This document shows, one piece after another, positions 39,948 to 50,116 of a stretch of 64,000 nt of DNA. The number at the start of each line of letters is the position of its first letter. The stretch's first letter is position 1. Under the pieces are notes generated by a model that saw nothing but the letters and a program-made list of their open reading frames with translations, made no database searches and had not been told where the DNA came from. Source of the stretch: an uncultured delta proteobacterium (lineage in GTDB: Bacteria > Myxococcota_A > UBA9160 > UBA4427); contig CAWGJT010000005.1 of the NCBI GenBank assembly GCA_963822965.1, forward strand, positions 832,001 to 896,000. Reading direction: 5' to 3'. Position numbers and translations under genes: made by a program.

Positions 39948-40784
39948 ATGGCGCTCGGGAGAACGAGAACCTCTCCGCCGCAGGTCCTCTGGCTTCTCCT
40001 CGTGGCAGCGCTCGCGTACGCTGGATGGCGGACCAGCCCCGCTGACGCGGCGTCACGGGCCGGGGAGTGCGGCTCCATCGACACCGAAGCATGCGATGCC
40101 CGCTACGACCCGGTCTGCGCGAGCTGGGACACGGGCATCCGTTGCGTGCGCGCACCCTGCCCCGCCGCAGAGCCCAGGCTCTACACGAACGCCTGCCTCG
40201 CCTGTCGGGACGACCGCGTGAACGGCTTCCAGCACGGGGAATGCGCCGAGCGGCCCGAGCCCGAGATGGGCGAACGCCGTCGCGTGAAGCTCGACGGCCT
40301 CGTCGGACGGCTCACCCAGAAGGACCGCGGCGCCGTCGTGGACGTGGACCTCCACGTCTCCGAGCCCATCGCCGTGATGCGCGCCTGGATCTGGATCGAG
40401 GGCGACGCTTCTCCCGGCTCCGCCGAGTCCCTCGATCCGTCGGAGGGCGTCGTTCCGATGCCCGTGACCTTCCAGGTCGCCCTCCAGGACTCGTTCGATC
40501 GGCCGGTCTTCGATATCACTAGCCCGGTGGCGCGGCTCGGCCCCTTCGACGGTCGCTTCAAGGCCGAAGGCGTCCTCGGCCTCATGAGCGCTCGCCTGGG
40601 CCGGGCCAACTGGTCGGGTCTCTCGGACGGAAGGATCCAGCTCGAGCTCGCCTTCACGCGCAGCTGCCCCGACGCCGGCTGCCGCTACCTGGACGACGCG
40701 GTCCTCACGATCCGGCGCGCTGAGCTGGTGGTGGACGCCGTCCCGGAGAGCGAGCTGCCCCAGCGCGACGACCCCTCACCGTAG
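39948..40784 (+). CDS. Exported protein with Kazal-like Cys domain
   Basis: N-terminal hydrophobic segment; 'CDARYDPVCA...YTNACLAC...GEC'. Confidence 0.6.
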   Translation: MALGRTRTSPPQVLWLLLVAALAYAGWRTSPADAASRAGECGSIDTEACDARYDPVCASWDTGIRCVRAPCPAAEPRLYTNACLACRDDRVNGFQHGECAERPEPEMGERRRVKLDGLVGRLTQKDRGAVVDVDLHVSEPIAVMRAWIWIEGDASPGSAESLDPSEGVVPMPVTFQVALQDSFDRPVFDITSPVARLGPFDGRFKAEGVLGLMSARLGRANWSGLSDGRIQLELAFTRSCPDAGCRYLDDAVLTIRRAELVVDAVPESELPQRDDPSP

Positions 40785-40853
40785 CTTCGCATCCGTCAGC
40801 AGCAGTGCGCGACTCGACCCCGAAGAAGCCATGGAAGGACACGCGGGGGATGG

Positions 40854-41075
40854 ATGCACGGACATGAGCGCTACGAAGCCAGTGTCGCGCGTTTCTGGCA
40901 GATCGTGGCCGGCGCCCTGGTCGGGCTGCTCGGGAACCCGTTCGCGGTCCTGGGCGCTGGACTTCTGGTCATGGTGCTGTCCGGAGAAGCGGCCCCAAAG
41001 GGCTCCGCTGTCGTCGGCGCGGCCTTCGTGCGCGAGGCCCACCTCTCGGATGCGCGCACGCCATCATCCGGATAG
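40854..41075 (+). CDS. Small hypothetical membrane protein
   Basis: Hydrophobic 73-aa ORF with GGGGA upstream; no motif. Confidence 0.3.
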   Translation: MHGHERYEASVARFWQIVAGALVGLLGNPFAVLGAGLLVMVLSGEAAPKGSAVVGAAFVREAHLSDARTPSSG

Positions 41076-41153
41076 GCGCGACGTCAACGACCGAAGGGGC
41101 GAGCCCACTCGAGGCACCCAGAGCCTCGCTGGATCGGCCGACTCACGGCTCGC

Positions 41154-42344
41154 CTACTCGAACTCCTTGTCCAGCTCGTCGAAGGCGTCGTTGGCGTTCT
41201 GGAAGGCCTGCTCGTAGACCTGCTTGCTGGCTCCCATCAGGCTGAAGTCGCGCTGGGGGACGCCGTACATCTCCTCGCCGTTGGGACCCTTGAAGGCGCG
41301 CGGCGCGTCGGCCTGGGGCTGCGGGGTCTTCATGCCGCCGTGCGGGATCACCGGGGGGTGCAGCTCGGGCTCGTCCATCTGCGGCTCGGGCGCCGAGGGC
41401 GGCTCGGGGGGCGGCGGCGACGCCTGGGGCGTCACGGGTGGCGCGGGAGGCGCGGCCTGGGGCGCCGGCGTGGGCTCGGGCTCCGGCGCCGCGGGCTCGG
41501 GCTCGGCGGGCGTCGCCTGGGGGGCCGGGGGGGCCTGGGGGACCGGGGCGACCTCGGCGACCGCCACGGTCGCGTAGGCCACCTGCACGCCCTGCCGGCT
41601 CAGCCAGTCGTGCACCAGGCTGCTGCGGATGGAGTAGTTGAGACCCTCGAGCGGCAGGCCCTGGGCGTTCACGCGACGCACGAAGGTGTTGACGCCGATC
41701 AGGTTGGCGTTCTCGTCGAGCAGCGGCCCCCCCGAGTTGCCGGGATTGATGGCCGCGTCGGTCTGGAAGATGTCCCGGGCGCCGTCCTTGCGGCGGCTCG
41801 AGATGGTGCCGGTGGTGAGGGTCCAGAGGCCGCCGCCGCCGGGATGGCCGATGGCCGCCACCGACGAGCCCACCTCCACGTTCTCCGAGTTGGCCATGTG
41901 CAGCACGGGCACGCCGGAGGGCGTGTCCTTGACCTGGATGAGGGCGAGATCGAGGGCCTCGTCCCGGGCCACGATGCGCACCTCGTACGGATTCTTGAGG
42001 TCGTTCTTCACGTCGCCGGTGATGCGGCTGGGCTTGAAGAAGACGCGGATGTTCGCGTAGGGCTTCTTGGCCTTCGGGTCGTAGATGACGTGGTTGTTGG
42101 TGAGGATCATGCCGTCGCGGCTCACCAGGGAGCCCGTGCCGGAGCTGCCGTTGCCTTCCTCGTCGAAGGAGAAGATCACCACCACCGCGGGCGCCGCGGT
42201 GCGGTAGACGGACGCCGCCCGGAACTCGGCGCGGGCCGTGCCGCCAGCCAGCAGCAACGCGAAGGCGGTGGCGAGACCGGCGGCCCGGAGGGCCCCGGCG
42301 TGGGCTGCGCGCGTTGCGGTCGAGCTGGAAGCGTTCCGTCTCAT
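41154..42344 (-). CDS. Secreted trypsin-like (S1C/HtrA-type, no PDZ) serine protease with Pro-rich tail
   Basis: 'LTNNHV', 'DLALI', 'TDAAINPGNSGGPL' catalytic triad motifs; signal peptide ending ARA. Confidence 0.9.
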   Translation of the reverse strand: MRRNASSSTATRAAHAGALRAAGLATAFALLLAGGTARAEFRAASVYRTAAPAVVVIFSFDEEGNGSSGTGSLVSRDGMILTNNHVIYDPKAKKPYANIRVFFKPSRITGDVKNDLKNPYEVRIVARDEALDLALIQVKDTPSGVPVLHMANSENVEVGSSVAAIGHPGGGGLWTLTTGTISSRRKDGARDIFQTDAAINPGNSGGPLLDENANLIGVNTFVRRVNAQGLPLEGLNYSIRSSLVHDWLSRQGVQVAYATVAVAEVAPVPQAPPAPQATPAEPEPAAPEPEPTPAPQAAPPAPPVTPQASPPPPEPPSAPEPQMDEPELHPPVIPHGGMKTPQPQADAPRAFKGPNGEEMYGVPQRDFSLMGASKQVYEQAFQNANDAFDELDKEFE

Positions 42345-42499
42345 GGTCTCACCCCTTCTCTTGTTCTGTCTGCGTGTCCGTCTGCTCGCGTACCGGTCTG
42401 CTCGCGTACTGTCGCGTCTCGTCGCCGATTCGGCCTGGCAGCGGCCGCAGGCCGTCCTCCCCCCGGGCTCGGAGCCGGGGGCGACGGCCGTGGTGAAGC

Positions 42500-43582
42500 T
42501 TAGTGGTCGAGAGGCTCCGTGAGGTACCGCGAAATCTGCTTCTCCAGATCGCCCGCCAGCTGCTCGGCCCCCTTGGTGAGGGCCCGGGTGCGGGCGATGG
42601 GCCGCGTCGAGTAGCTCTCGCCGCCGCTGGCCTGGGACGCCAGGATGACGGGACCGTCCGGGGGCACCCCGGTGAGCTCGTAGGCGCCCTGCCAGCGGAA
42701 GAAGTGGCCGTCGAAGTCCCGCGGGACCTCCTCCAGGCTCATGCGGCAGGTGAGCCAGACGTTGGCGGCCCCGGAGTCGGCGCCGTTGCCGACCACCCGG
42801 AAGCCGATGCGGGTGATTCGCTTGGCGAGGGCCTCGTGCAGCCCGGGCAGGCTGGCGCCCGTGCGACCCGTCGCCGGGTCGACCTCCACCGCCTGGATGA
42901 GGAAGCGCGTGTTCCACAGCACCGCGTCCAGCTGGCGCTCGACCTCGGCGCTGCCGGGCGACGACGCCTCGGCGGCCAGCCCCACCACCCGCGCCCGCGC
43001 CACCAGCACGTCGCGCTCGCGGCTGGCGTGCAGGGCGTCGAGCAGCGCCTGGGCGCGGCCCAGGGCGGTGGGCGCCGAGCCGGCGCGCTCGAGGGCGCCG
43101 CGCACCCGCCGTGCCGCCGCCTCCAGCTCGGGCACCAGGCTGCGGCGCATGGCCTGCTTCTCCACCACGGCCAGCGCGTGCCAGGCGCCCGTGGCCGGGT
43201 CGCGCCAGGTTTCGACGACGCGGACGCCCTCGAAGCTCCCTTCCGTGCGGATGCGCGTATCGATCGAGAGGTTCTCCACCACCGACGAGCGCGGGGCGCC
43301 GCCGCCCTCTCCGCCGGTGACGGTCACCGTGGTGGCGCTCGCCTGGTCGCGCACCTCGCTCTCGACGCGCGAGCTGAAGACCCGCGCCAGCTCGGTGCGG
43401 GCGTTGCGGCGGGCCTGGTCGGGATCCGCCCCCGTGGCCGCCCCGGTCACCCAGGCCTTCTCGGGGTAGGCGGCGGACGGCCCGTCCACCCAGTCCGGTC
43501 GGCTCCCGAAGGTGGACGCGCACGCCGAGGCGAGCAGCGCCGCGGCCACCGCCCGCGCGAGACGCCGGGTCCGAAGGCTCAC
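42500..43582 (-). CDS. LPP20-family lipoprotein
   Basis: Lipobox 'ASAC'; 'RPDWVDG', 'ARRNARTELAR'; GTG start overlaps the upstream stop. Confidence 0.7.
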   Translation of the reverse strand: MSLRTRRLARAVAAALLASACASTFGSRPDWVDGPSAAYPEKAWVTGAATGADPDQARRNARTELARVFSSRVESEVRDQASATTVTVTGGEGGGAPRSSVVENLSIDTRIRTEGSFEGVRVVETWRDPATGAWHALAVVEKQAMRRSLVPELEAAARRVRGALERAGSAPTALGRAQALLDALHASRERDVLVARARVVGLAAEASSPGSAEVERQLDAVLWNTRFLIQAVEVDPATGRTGASLPGLHEALAKRITRIGFRVVGNGADSGAANVWLTCRMSLEEVPRDFDGHFFRWQGAYELTGVPPDGPVILASQASGGESYSTRPIARTRALTKGAEQLAGDLEKQISRYLTEPLDH

Positions 43583-45018
43583 TGCACGGTCCTCACGATC
43601 ACGAACGTGTGCCGGCCCGCCTCGACGTGGACGTCCACCTTCTCGCTGCGGACGACGCTCCCGCCGGCGTCGCGGTAGGTGAGCCTCAACTCGTGGTCTC
43701 CCTCGGGCAGGTCGAGCGGGCACATGGCGATCTGGTCCGGCGCAGTGAACCAGGCGCGCTTGTCGGCCACCTCGGAGGCCGTGCGCGCCAGGGCAGAGCT
43801 TACAGAAACGAGGGCGCCGGCGAGCTTGCCGTAGTCCTTGCCGCCGGCTTCCCGGGCCTCCTTCTCGGCGAGCTTCCCGAGCGCGTACTTCACCACGGCC
43901 CGAGCGATGGCCTTCGCGCGGATGCGAACGATGCGATCGGCCAGGTCGCGCTGGGCGATGGCGCCCACGTTCTCCACCAGCTCTGCGCGGACGGGAGCCG
44001 CCCCGCCCCCCAGCTGGACGTCCACGTGGTCGATGCGGTGGGGCACCTCGCGGTAGCTGGGGAAGGCCACGCGCACGACGTCGCTGGCGAGGATGGACGT
44101 GGCGATCTGGCTGGCCTGGGCCACCTGGCGCTCGGCCTCCCCCTCCACGTCGATCTTGTTCACGTAGGGCCAGCCCTGGATGAAGGCGACGTCGATGAAG
44201 GTGTCGATCTTGACCGGTGACCGGCCGTTGTAGTGCAGCACGATGGCGCGGCCCGTGCCCGGCGGCGCCGGGACGAGCTCCTCGGGACCGTATCGCTCCA
44301 CGTACTCCCGCTCGGCCCAGGGACCGAGGGCCGCCGCCAGCCGCCGGGCGTCCCGGCGCAGGGTCGGCGGCGGCGGGGTCGCGTACAGCTTGGCGTAGGT
44401 CGCGTAGGCGTCGAGCGCCTTCTTGTAGGCCACCCACGCCTCGTCGCGGTCGCCGTCCTCCTCGAAGAAGAGGGCCGCCAGGTAGTGGCCGAAGGCGTCG
44501 TCCCGGTAGGCGTTGTCCTGTCCGTCGTCGACGACGAGCTGCCGCAGGAAGAAGTTGAGCTGTCGCACCTCGACGAGGGCCTCGTCGGGCTTGCCCAGGG
44601 CGTCGTAGTTCAAGGCACCGAAGACGTGGATCAGGGCACGCTCGAAGTTCTCGCCGTAGTAGGGTCGCAGGTTGTCGTTGACGAGGAAGGTCGACCCTTC
44701 GGTGGTGATGCTCTTCGTGTAGTGCAGCTCGGCCAGCCGCTTCGCCTTCTCGAAGCTCTCGTTGCTGGCTGCGAACTCTCCCGCGTAGTGGTTCAGCATC
44801 CCGCGCTCGAGGTGGTAGAGGACGGCGTTCTTCTTGCCGAATTCCCTGCGGGCCGCCTCGAGCACCGTGAGCGCGCCGCGGTTGTCCCGGGCCTTCACGT
44901 AGGGAAGCATCTGCTGGTGGACGTCCGTGGGCGACGCGCAGGCGCCCGCCAGAAACGCCACCGGCAGCAGGAGCACCGCTGCCGCGCGCCTCGGGCCGTA
45001 CCGCGCGCGACCCGTCAC
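43579..45018 (-). CDS. COG3014-family (TPR-like) lipoprotein
   Basis: Lipobox 'AGAC'; 'LYHLERG', 'NDNLRPYYGENFE', 'ADKRAW'; adjacent to the lpoB-like gene. Confidence 0.8.
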   Translation of the reverse strand: MTGRARYGPRRAAAVLLLPVAFLAGACASPTDVHQQMLPYVKARDNRGALTVLEAARREFGKKNAVLYHLERGMLNHYAGEFAASNESFEKAKRLAELHYTKSITTEGSTFLVNDNLRPYYGENFERALIHVFGALNYDALGKPDEALVEVRQLNFFLRQLVVDDGQDNAYRDDAFGHYLAALFFEEDGDRDEAWVAYKKALDAYATYAKLYATPPPPTLRRDARRLAAALGPWAEREYVERYGPEELVPAPPGTGRAIVLHYNGRSPVKIDTFIDVAFIQGWPYVNKIDVEGEAERQVAQASQIATSILASDVVRVAFPSYREVPHRIDHVDVQLGGGAAPVRAELVENVGAIAQRDLADRIVRIRAKAIARAVVKYALGKLAEKEAREAGGKDYGKLAGALVSVSSALARTASEVADKRAWFTAPDQIAMCPLDLPEGDHELRLTYRDAGGSVVRSEKVDVHVEAGRHTFVIVRTVQ

Positions 45019-45060
45019 GACGGCTCCCCGGTGCGGGTCATCAGCACCTCCGAAGGGCTG

Positions 45061-45684
45061 CTAGAAGCGGGTCTTCTGGTAGGTGACCGTCTTCTTGAGC
45101 TTCTTCTGGCCGATCCACACCTTCCTGTTGCTCTCGAGGTCCACCAGCTCGAGCTCCACCTGGTAGAAGCGCACCTGCTCCTTGTCGGCGGCGTCGAGGA
45201 TGGTGTTGATCTGCCCCTGCAGCATGAAGTCGGCGCCGAGCTCCTTGCCCATGCTCTTGGCGGTCTCGATGCTCGCGTTGCGCTGCTGGTCCGCGCGCTC
45301 GCTGCGCAGCTCCTCGCGCTCGCCCGAGGCGGCCACCACGTCGACCACCCCCGAGTTGACGAGCGCGCGCTCGAGGTCCTTCACGAAGGTCTGGGTGTTG
45401 AGGTGCTCCTGGCTGCGGTTCTGCACGGTCCCGACGATGACCCGGGGCTCCCGGCCCAGGCGCTCCCGGGCGCGCGCCGACCAGGGGCTGCCCAGGGAGT
45501 CCGCGACCATCTCCTCGGAGACCAGGCGCGAATCGGTGTCGTTCCAGTAGCCGCTCAGGTCGATGGTCTCGTTCACGTCGCGACGGGCCACCACCGGCGC
45601 CGACGAGCAGGCGGTCGCTCCGAGCAGCAGGAGCAGCAGGATGGCGAGCGGTTGGGGCACCCTTCGAGGCGGACTCTGCTTCAC
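45061..45684 (-). CDS. lpoB: Penicillin-binding protein activator LpoB-like lipoprotein
   Basis: Lipobox 'ATAC'; 'DLSGYWNDTD', 'NRSQEH', 'GADFMLQGQI', 'YQVELELVDLE..KVW'. Confidence 0.8.
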   Translation of the reverse strand: MKQSPPRRVPQPLAILLLLLLGATACSSAPVVARRDVNETIDLSGYWNDTDSRLVSEEMVADSLGSPWSARARERLGREPRVIVGTVQNRSQEHLNTQTFVKDLERALVNSGVVDVVAASGEREELRSERADQQRNASIETAKSMGKELGADFMLQGQINTILDAADKEQVRFYQVELELVDLESNRKVWIGQKKLKKTVTYQKTRF

Positions 45685-45873
45685 GGCGGTTCCTCCCGGC
45701 GCGCGAGGGTCAGGCACCGCCTCGTACGGACGGCGCCTGGAACGGGCCCTAGGATGGAAGCTCGAACCCCCCGGGTCAATCCTGGCGGGCGGGCTCCCTC
45801 CCGGCCGGAACATTCCGTAATCTGCGCGGCACTCAAGGCTCGATCGAACGAAGACCGTGGAGACAGCGCCCTC

Positions 45874-46938
45874 ATGACCGCACGCACGCCCGCACCGTCG
45901 CTCGCGAACCGTCACGCCCTCGCTCGCCGTGGCGATCGCCGCTCGTGGCCCCGCTCGGCCTCGCGTTGGCGTGTGCATCGAAGCCCAAGGCCCAGGCGGC
46001 GCCCCGCAAGGTGCAGTCCGCCCAGCAGGACGATCTCGCCGGCGCGCCCGACTGGATCCGCCGCGGCTGTGCGGCCTACTGGGCCGACGCGCCCGAGCGC
46101 GGCGTCTGCGGCGTGGGCTCGGCCAGCGGCAGCCGCAACCTCGCCCTCACCACCACCACCGCCGAGGGCCGCGGCCGCACGGCCATCGCGCGCACCCTCG
46201 ACACCAAGGTGCGGTCGATGCTGAAGGACTACCAGGCGACCACCACCGGCGGCGAGGAGTTCGGCACCGCCGCGGCCGACGAGCAGCACATCGTCGACGT
46301 GAGCAAGCAGCTCACCGACGGGACGCTCACCGGCGCCGAGCGACGGGACCTGTGGATCTCGCCTTCCGGCGTCGTCTACGCGCTCATGGTGCTCGACCTG
46401 CAGAAGTTCCAGAACACCGTCTGGAGCATGAAGCAGCTCTCCGAGGACGTGCGGAGCGCGGTCGCCCAGCGCGCCGCGGAGGAGTTCAACGGGCCTGCCG
46501 AGGGCGGGATCGGCCGAGCCGGCCGGCTCCGGCGACACGAAGGTGGCGGGCCCGCTCGTGCTCGTCACCCAGGCGCAGCTCGACGCCATGCCCCGGGACA
46601 CGACCGTGGCCTGGGGCACCCCCAAGACCGACCCCAACGGACCCGTGATCCAGATCGACAGCCCCAAGAACGGGGGCGTCTACAAGGGCCCCTTCCCCAT
46701 CAAGGTGGAGTTCCGCGACGGACCGTCCGGCCAGCCCGTGGACATGGACACCCTGAAGCTCGAGTACAAGGTGGCCTGGGGGATCGACATCACCGACAAG
46801 GTGCGGGAATACATCGACGGCACGCAGATCGACGTCGCCGAGTCGGCGCTGCCCGAAGGCCGGCACACGGTGGAGATCCAGATCGAGGACACCGCCGGAC
46901 ACCGCAGCAGCCGCATCTTCACGGTCACCGTCGAGTAG
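45874..46938 (+). CDS. LPP20-family lipoprotein, probably with a fused C-terminal beta-rich domain (frameshifted)
   Basis: Lipobox 'ALAC'; core nearly identical to 29583-30206; no stop before ORF 46543-46938, so the two are probably joined by an indel near 46500. Confidence 0.6.
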
Positions 46939-46985
46939 CGGCGGGTGAGTTGGGCCGCCCCGACTTCTGCTAGACCCTGCAGTCC

Positions 46986-48518
46986 ATGACCGCCTCCGAT
47001 CCCAGCTCCTCCGGCACCACGTCCGGCAAGCACGTCGTCGTCGTCGGGGGCAGCATCGCCGGCCTGGCCGCGGCCTTCATCCTGAGCCAGGACGGCCACC
47101 GGGTGACGGTGCTCGAGCGCGACGCCACCCCCCTGCCCGCCAGCCCCCTCGAGGCCTTCGAGCACTGGGACCGCAAGGGCTCCCCCCAGACCCGGCACTC
47201 CCACGCCTTCCTGGCGCGCCTGTACGGCATCCTGAAGCGGCGCGCGCCGGACCTGCTCGGGCTGCTGAAGGAGCACGGTGTCGAGGAGCTGCGCTTCCGC
47301 GACATGGCGCGCAGCGCCCTGGGACGCGACGACCTCGAGTTCCTGCCCGAGGACGACGACATCACCCTGCTGGCCTGCCGGCGTGTCACCTTCGAGTGGG
47401 TGCTGCGGCGCTACGTGCTCGACACGGGCCGGGTCGACTTCCGGGACGGCACCGAGGTGCTGGGGCTCGAGGCCGCGCCCGGGAAGGCCGGAGCGCCGCC
47501 CCTCGTGACGGGCGTGCGCCTGGCCGGTCGCGACGGCTGCGAGGAGCGCCTGACGGCCGACCTCGTCCTCGACGCCAGCGGACGCCGATCGCCCCTGCGC
47601 CGCTGGCTGCAGGAGATCGGCGCGGGCACGATGGAGAAGGACTCCGAGCCGTGCGGGATCTTCTACTGCTCGCGCTTCTACCGCACGACCACCGGCGCCG
47701 AGCGCCCCGAGCTCGGCGGCGTGATGGGATCCGATCTGGGCTACATGAAGTACGGCATCTTTCCGGGCGACGCGGGCATCTTCTCCATCACGCTCTGCGC
47801 CTCGCCTCACGACACGCACATGCGTCGGATCCTGCGCACGCCGTTCTTCGAGCAGGCGGTGCGCAGCCTGCCCGCCACGCGCGAATGGGTGGCGCCGGAC
47901 GTCTCCCAGCCCATCAGCGAGGTGCACACCATGGGCAGCCTCAAGAACACCCGCTGCTACTTCGTGAAGGACGGCCGGCCCCTGGCCCTGGGCGTGTTCC
48001 CGATCGGCGACGCCCTCATCCACACCAACCCGCTGAACGGTCGCGGCTGCACCCTGGCCTTCGTGAACGCCGAGCTCGCCAGCGCCGCGCTCCGCGAGCA
48101 TCCGGACGACCTGCTGGAGCTCGCGCGCGCCCTCGACGCGGGCGTCGAGCGGGAGATCGTCCCCTGGTACAAGGCCACGCTGGCCCAGGACCGCGACGCC
48201 GTGGAGGTGAACCGCGCCCAGCAGCGGGGCGAGGACCCGTACGCGTTCCAGCGGGCCGACGGCACGGTGGATACGCGCGCCTGGATGCGTTGCCTGCTGC
48301 GCGACGGCCTGGTTCCTGCCCTGCGCGAGGACCTCGTCCTCTTCCGGGCCTTCATGCGGGTCTTCAACCTGCTCGAAGAGCCGACGGACATGATGAAGGA
48401 CCCGCGCATCCTGCAGCAGGCCCTGGCCTCCTTCCAGAAGCGGGACGAGCGCGACCCGGTGGCGCGCGGGCCGAGCCGGGAGGAGATGCTGGGCCAGCTG
48501 GCCTCCGTGGCTGCGTGA
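46986..48518 (+). CDS. FAD-dependent oxidoreductase/monooxygenase
   Basis: 'VVVGGSIAGL', 'DASGRRS', 'IGDA..TNPLNGRG'. Confidence 0.85.
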   Translation: MTASDPSSSGTTSGKHVVVVGGSIAGLAAAFILSQDGHRVTVLERDATPLPASPLEAFEHWDRKGSPQTRHSHAFLARLYGILKRRAPDLLGLLKEHGVEELRFRDMARSALGRDDLEFLPEDDDITLLACRRVTFEWVLRRYVLDTGRVDFRDGTEVLGLEAAPGKAGAPPLVTGVRLAGRDGCEERLTADLVLDASGRRSPLRRWLQEIGAGTMEKDSEPCGIFYCSRFYRTTTGAERPELGGVMGSDLGYMKYGIFPGDAGIFSITLCASPHDTHMRRILRTPFFEQAVRSLPATREWVAPDVSQPISEVHTMGSLKNTRCYFVKDGRPLALGVFPIGDALIHTNPLNGRGCTLAFVNAELASAALREHPDDLLELARALDAGVEREIVPWYKATLAQDRDAVEVNRAQQRGEDPYAFQRADGTVDTRAWMRCLLRDGLVPALREDLVLFRAFMRVFNLLEEPTDMMKDPRILQQALASFQKRDERDPVARGPSREEMLGQLASVAA

Positions 48519-48583
48519 GAGCCGGCGAGTCGGGCCGGCACCGCCTTTGACAGGCCCGGCCGGGCCGGCCACCTTCGGGCGTC

Positions 48584-50095
48584 ATGTCCCGCACCGACGC
48601 CCCCCCTGCCTCACGACCCCTCGAGCGACTCGTCGCCGGCCAGGAGATCGTCTTCGGCGGCAACCGCCTCGCGCGGGTCTCCGAGGCCCTGGCCGAGGCC
48701 TTCCAGCCGGGCGACCAGATCCGGGTGGTGGAGCGGACGGGCGAGCTGCTGCACGTCCCCGCCGCCGAGGCCCGGCTGGCGGCCCGAGCCGTCGACCGCG
48801 CCACCGCCGCCTTCGCGGCCATGGGCGAGGTGGGCGACGAGCAGATCTCCCGCTTCTACGAGGAGCTCGCGGGTCGTCTCGAGGACGACGCCATCTGGAG
48901 CGCGATCGCCGCGGCCAACGCCCGGGACGTGGAGGCGGCCACCCGCAAGGGCCGCTCCACCACCCGGCTCGTGGCCAGCAGCCGGCTGCGCCGGGACATG
49001 ATCGAAGGGCTGCGCGGCTGGATCGGCATGGGCTCGCAGCGGGGCCGCATCCTCGAGCGGGTGGACCACGAGGGCTGGCACGTGGAGCTGGTGGGGGCCG
49101 AGCTCGGGGTGGTGGCGTTCGTCTTCGAAGGGCGGCCGAACGTGCTGGCCGACGCCACCGGCGTGCTGCGCGGCGGCAACACGGTGGTGTTCCGCATCGG
49201 CAGCGACGCGCTGGGCACGGCCCGGACCATGATGCAGCAGGCCCTCGAGCCCGCCCTCGCGGCGGCGGGCCTGCCCGACGGTGCAGTGGTGCTGGTGGAG
49301 AGCGCCTCTCATGCCGCCGGCCAGGCGCTCTTCTGCGACTCGCGGCTGTCGCTGGCCGTGGCGCGAGGCTCGGGCCACGCGGTGGCGACCCTCGGCGCCC
49401 TGGCCCAGCAGGCCGGCGTGCCGGTGAGCCTGCACGGGACCGGCGGCGCCTGGATCTTCGCCAGCGAGGCTGCGGACGCCGAGGCCCTGGCCCAGGCGGT
49501 CACGGGCTCCCTCGACCGCAAGGTGTGCAACACCCTGAACGTCTGCTGCCTCCCGCGCGCGCGCGCCGCCGAGCTGGTGCCGGTCTTCCTCGACGCCCTG
49601 GCGAAGGCGGGCGACGCCCTCGGCCAGCCCTACCGGCTGCACGTGGTCGAGGGCGACGAGGGCTTCGTTCCCGCCGCGCTCTTCGACGAGGTGGTCGAGG
49701 TGGCCCGCGCCGAGGGTGCCGTGCGTGAGCCCCGCGCGGACCGCATCCCCGAGACCGATCTCGCCACCGAGTGGGAGTGGGAGGGGACGCCCGAGGTCAG
49801 CCTCAAGATCATCGACGACCTGGACCACGGCATCGCCCTCTTCAACCGCTTCGGGCCGCTGCTGGTCGCCAGCCTGGTGGGCGGGGACGACGCCGAGAGC
49901 GACCGCTTCTATCGCCGGGTGAACGCTCCGTTCGTCGGCGACGGGCACACCCGCTGGGTCGACGGCCAGAAGGCCCTCGACCGTCCGGAGCTGGGGCTGT
50001 CGAACTGGCAGAACGGCAGGCTCTTCGGGCGCGGGGGCATCCTCAGCGGCGACAGCGTCTACACGGTCCGCACCCGGGCGATCCGCGACCGCTGA
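48584..50095 (+). CDS. proA: Gamma-glutamyl phosphate reductase (glutamate-5-semialdehyde dehydrogenase)-like, divergent
   Basis: 'LGVVAFVFEGRPNV', 'RIGSDA', 'VCNTLN', 'TRWVDG..ELGLS'. Confidence 0.7.
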   Translation: MSRTDAPPASRPLERLVAGQEIVFGGNRLARVSEALAEAFQPGDQIRVVERTGELLHVPAAEARLAARAVDRATAAFAAMGEVGDEQISRFYEELAGRLEDDAIWSAIAAANARDVEAATRKGRSTTRLVASSRLRRDMIEGLRGWIGMGSQRGRILERVDHEGWHVELVGAELGVVAFVFEGRPNVLADATGVLRGGNTVVFRIGSDALGTARTMMQQALEPALAAAGLPDGAVVLVESASHAAGQALFCDSRLSLAVARGSGHAVATLGALAQQAGVPVSLHGTGGAWIFASEAADAEALAQAVTGSLDRKVCNTLNVCCLPRARAAELVPVFLDALAKAGDALGQPYRLHVVEGDEGFVPAALFDEVVEVARAEGAVREPRADRIPETDLATEWEWEGTPEVSLKIIDDLDHGIALFNRFGPLLVASLVGGDDAESDRFYRRVNAPFVGDGHTRWVDGQKALDRPELGLSNWQNGRLFGRGGILSGDSVYTVRTRAIRDR

Positions 50096-50116
50096 CCCGA
50101 CCGGGGCCCCGAGCGG

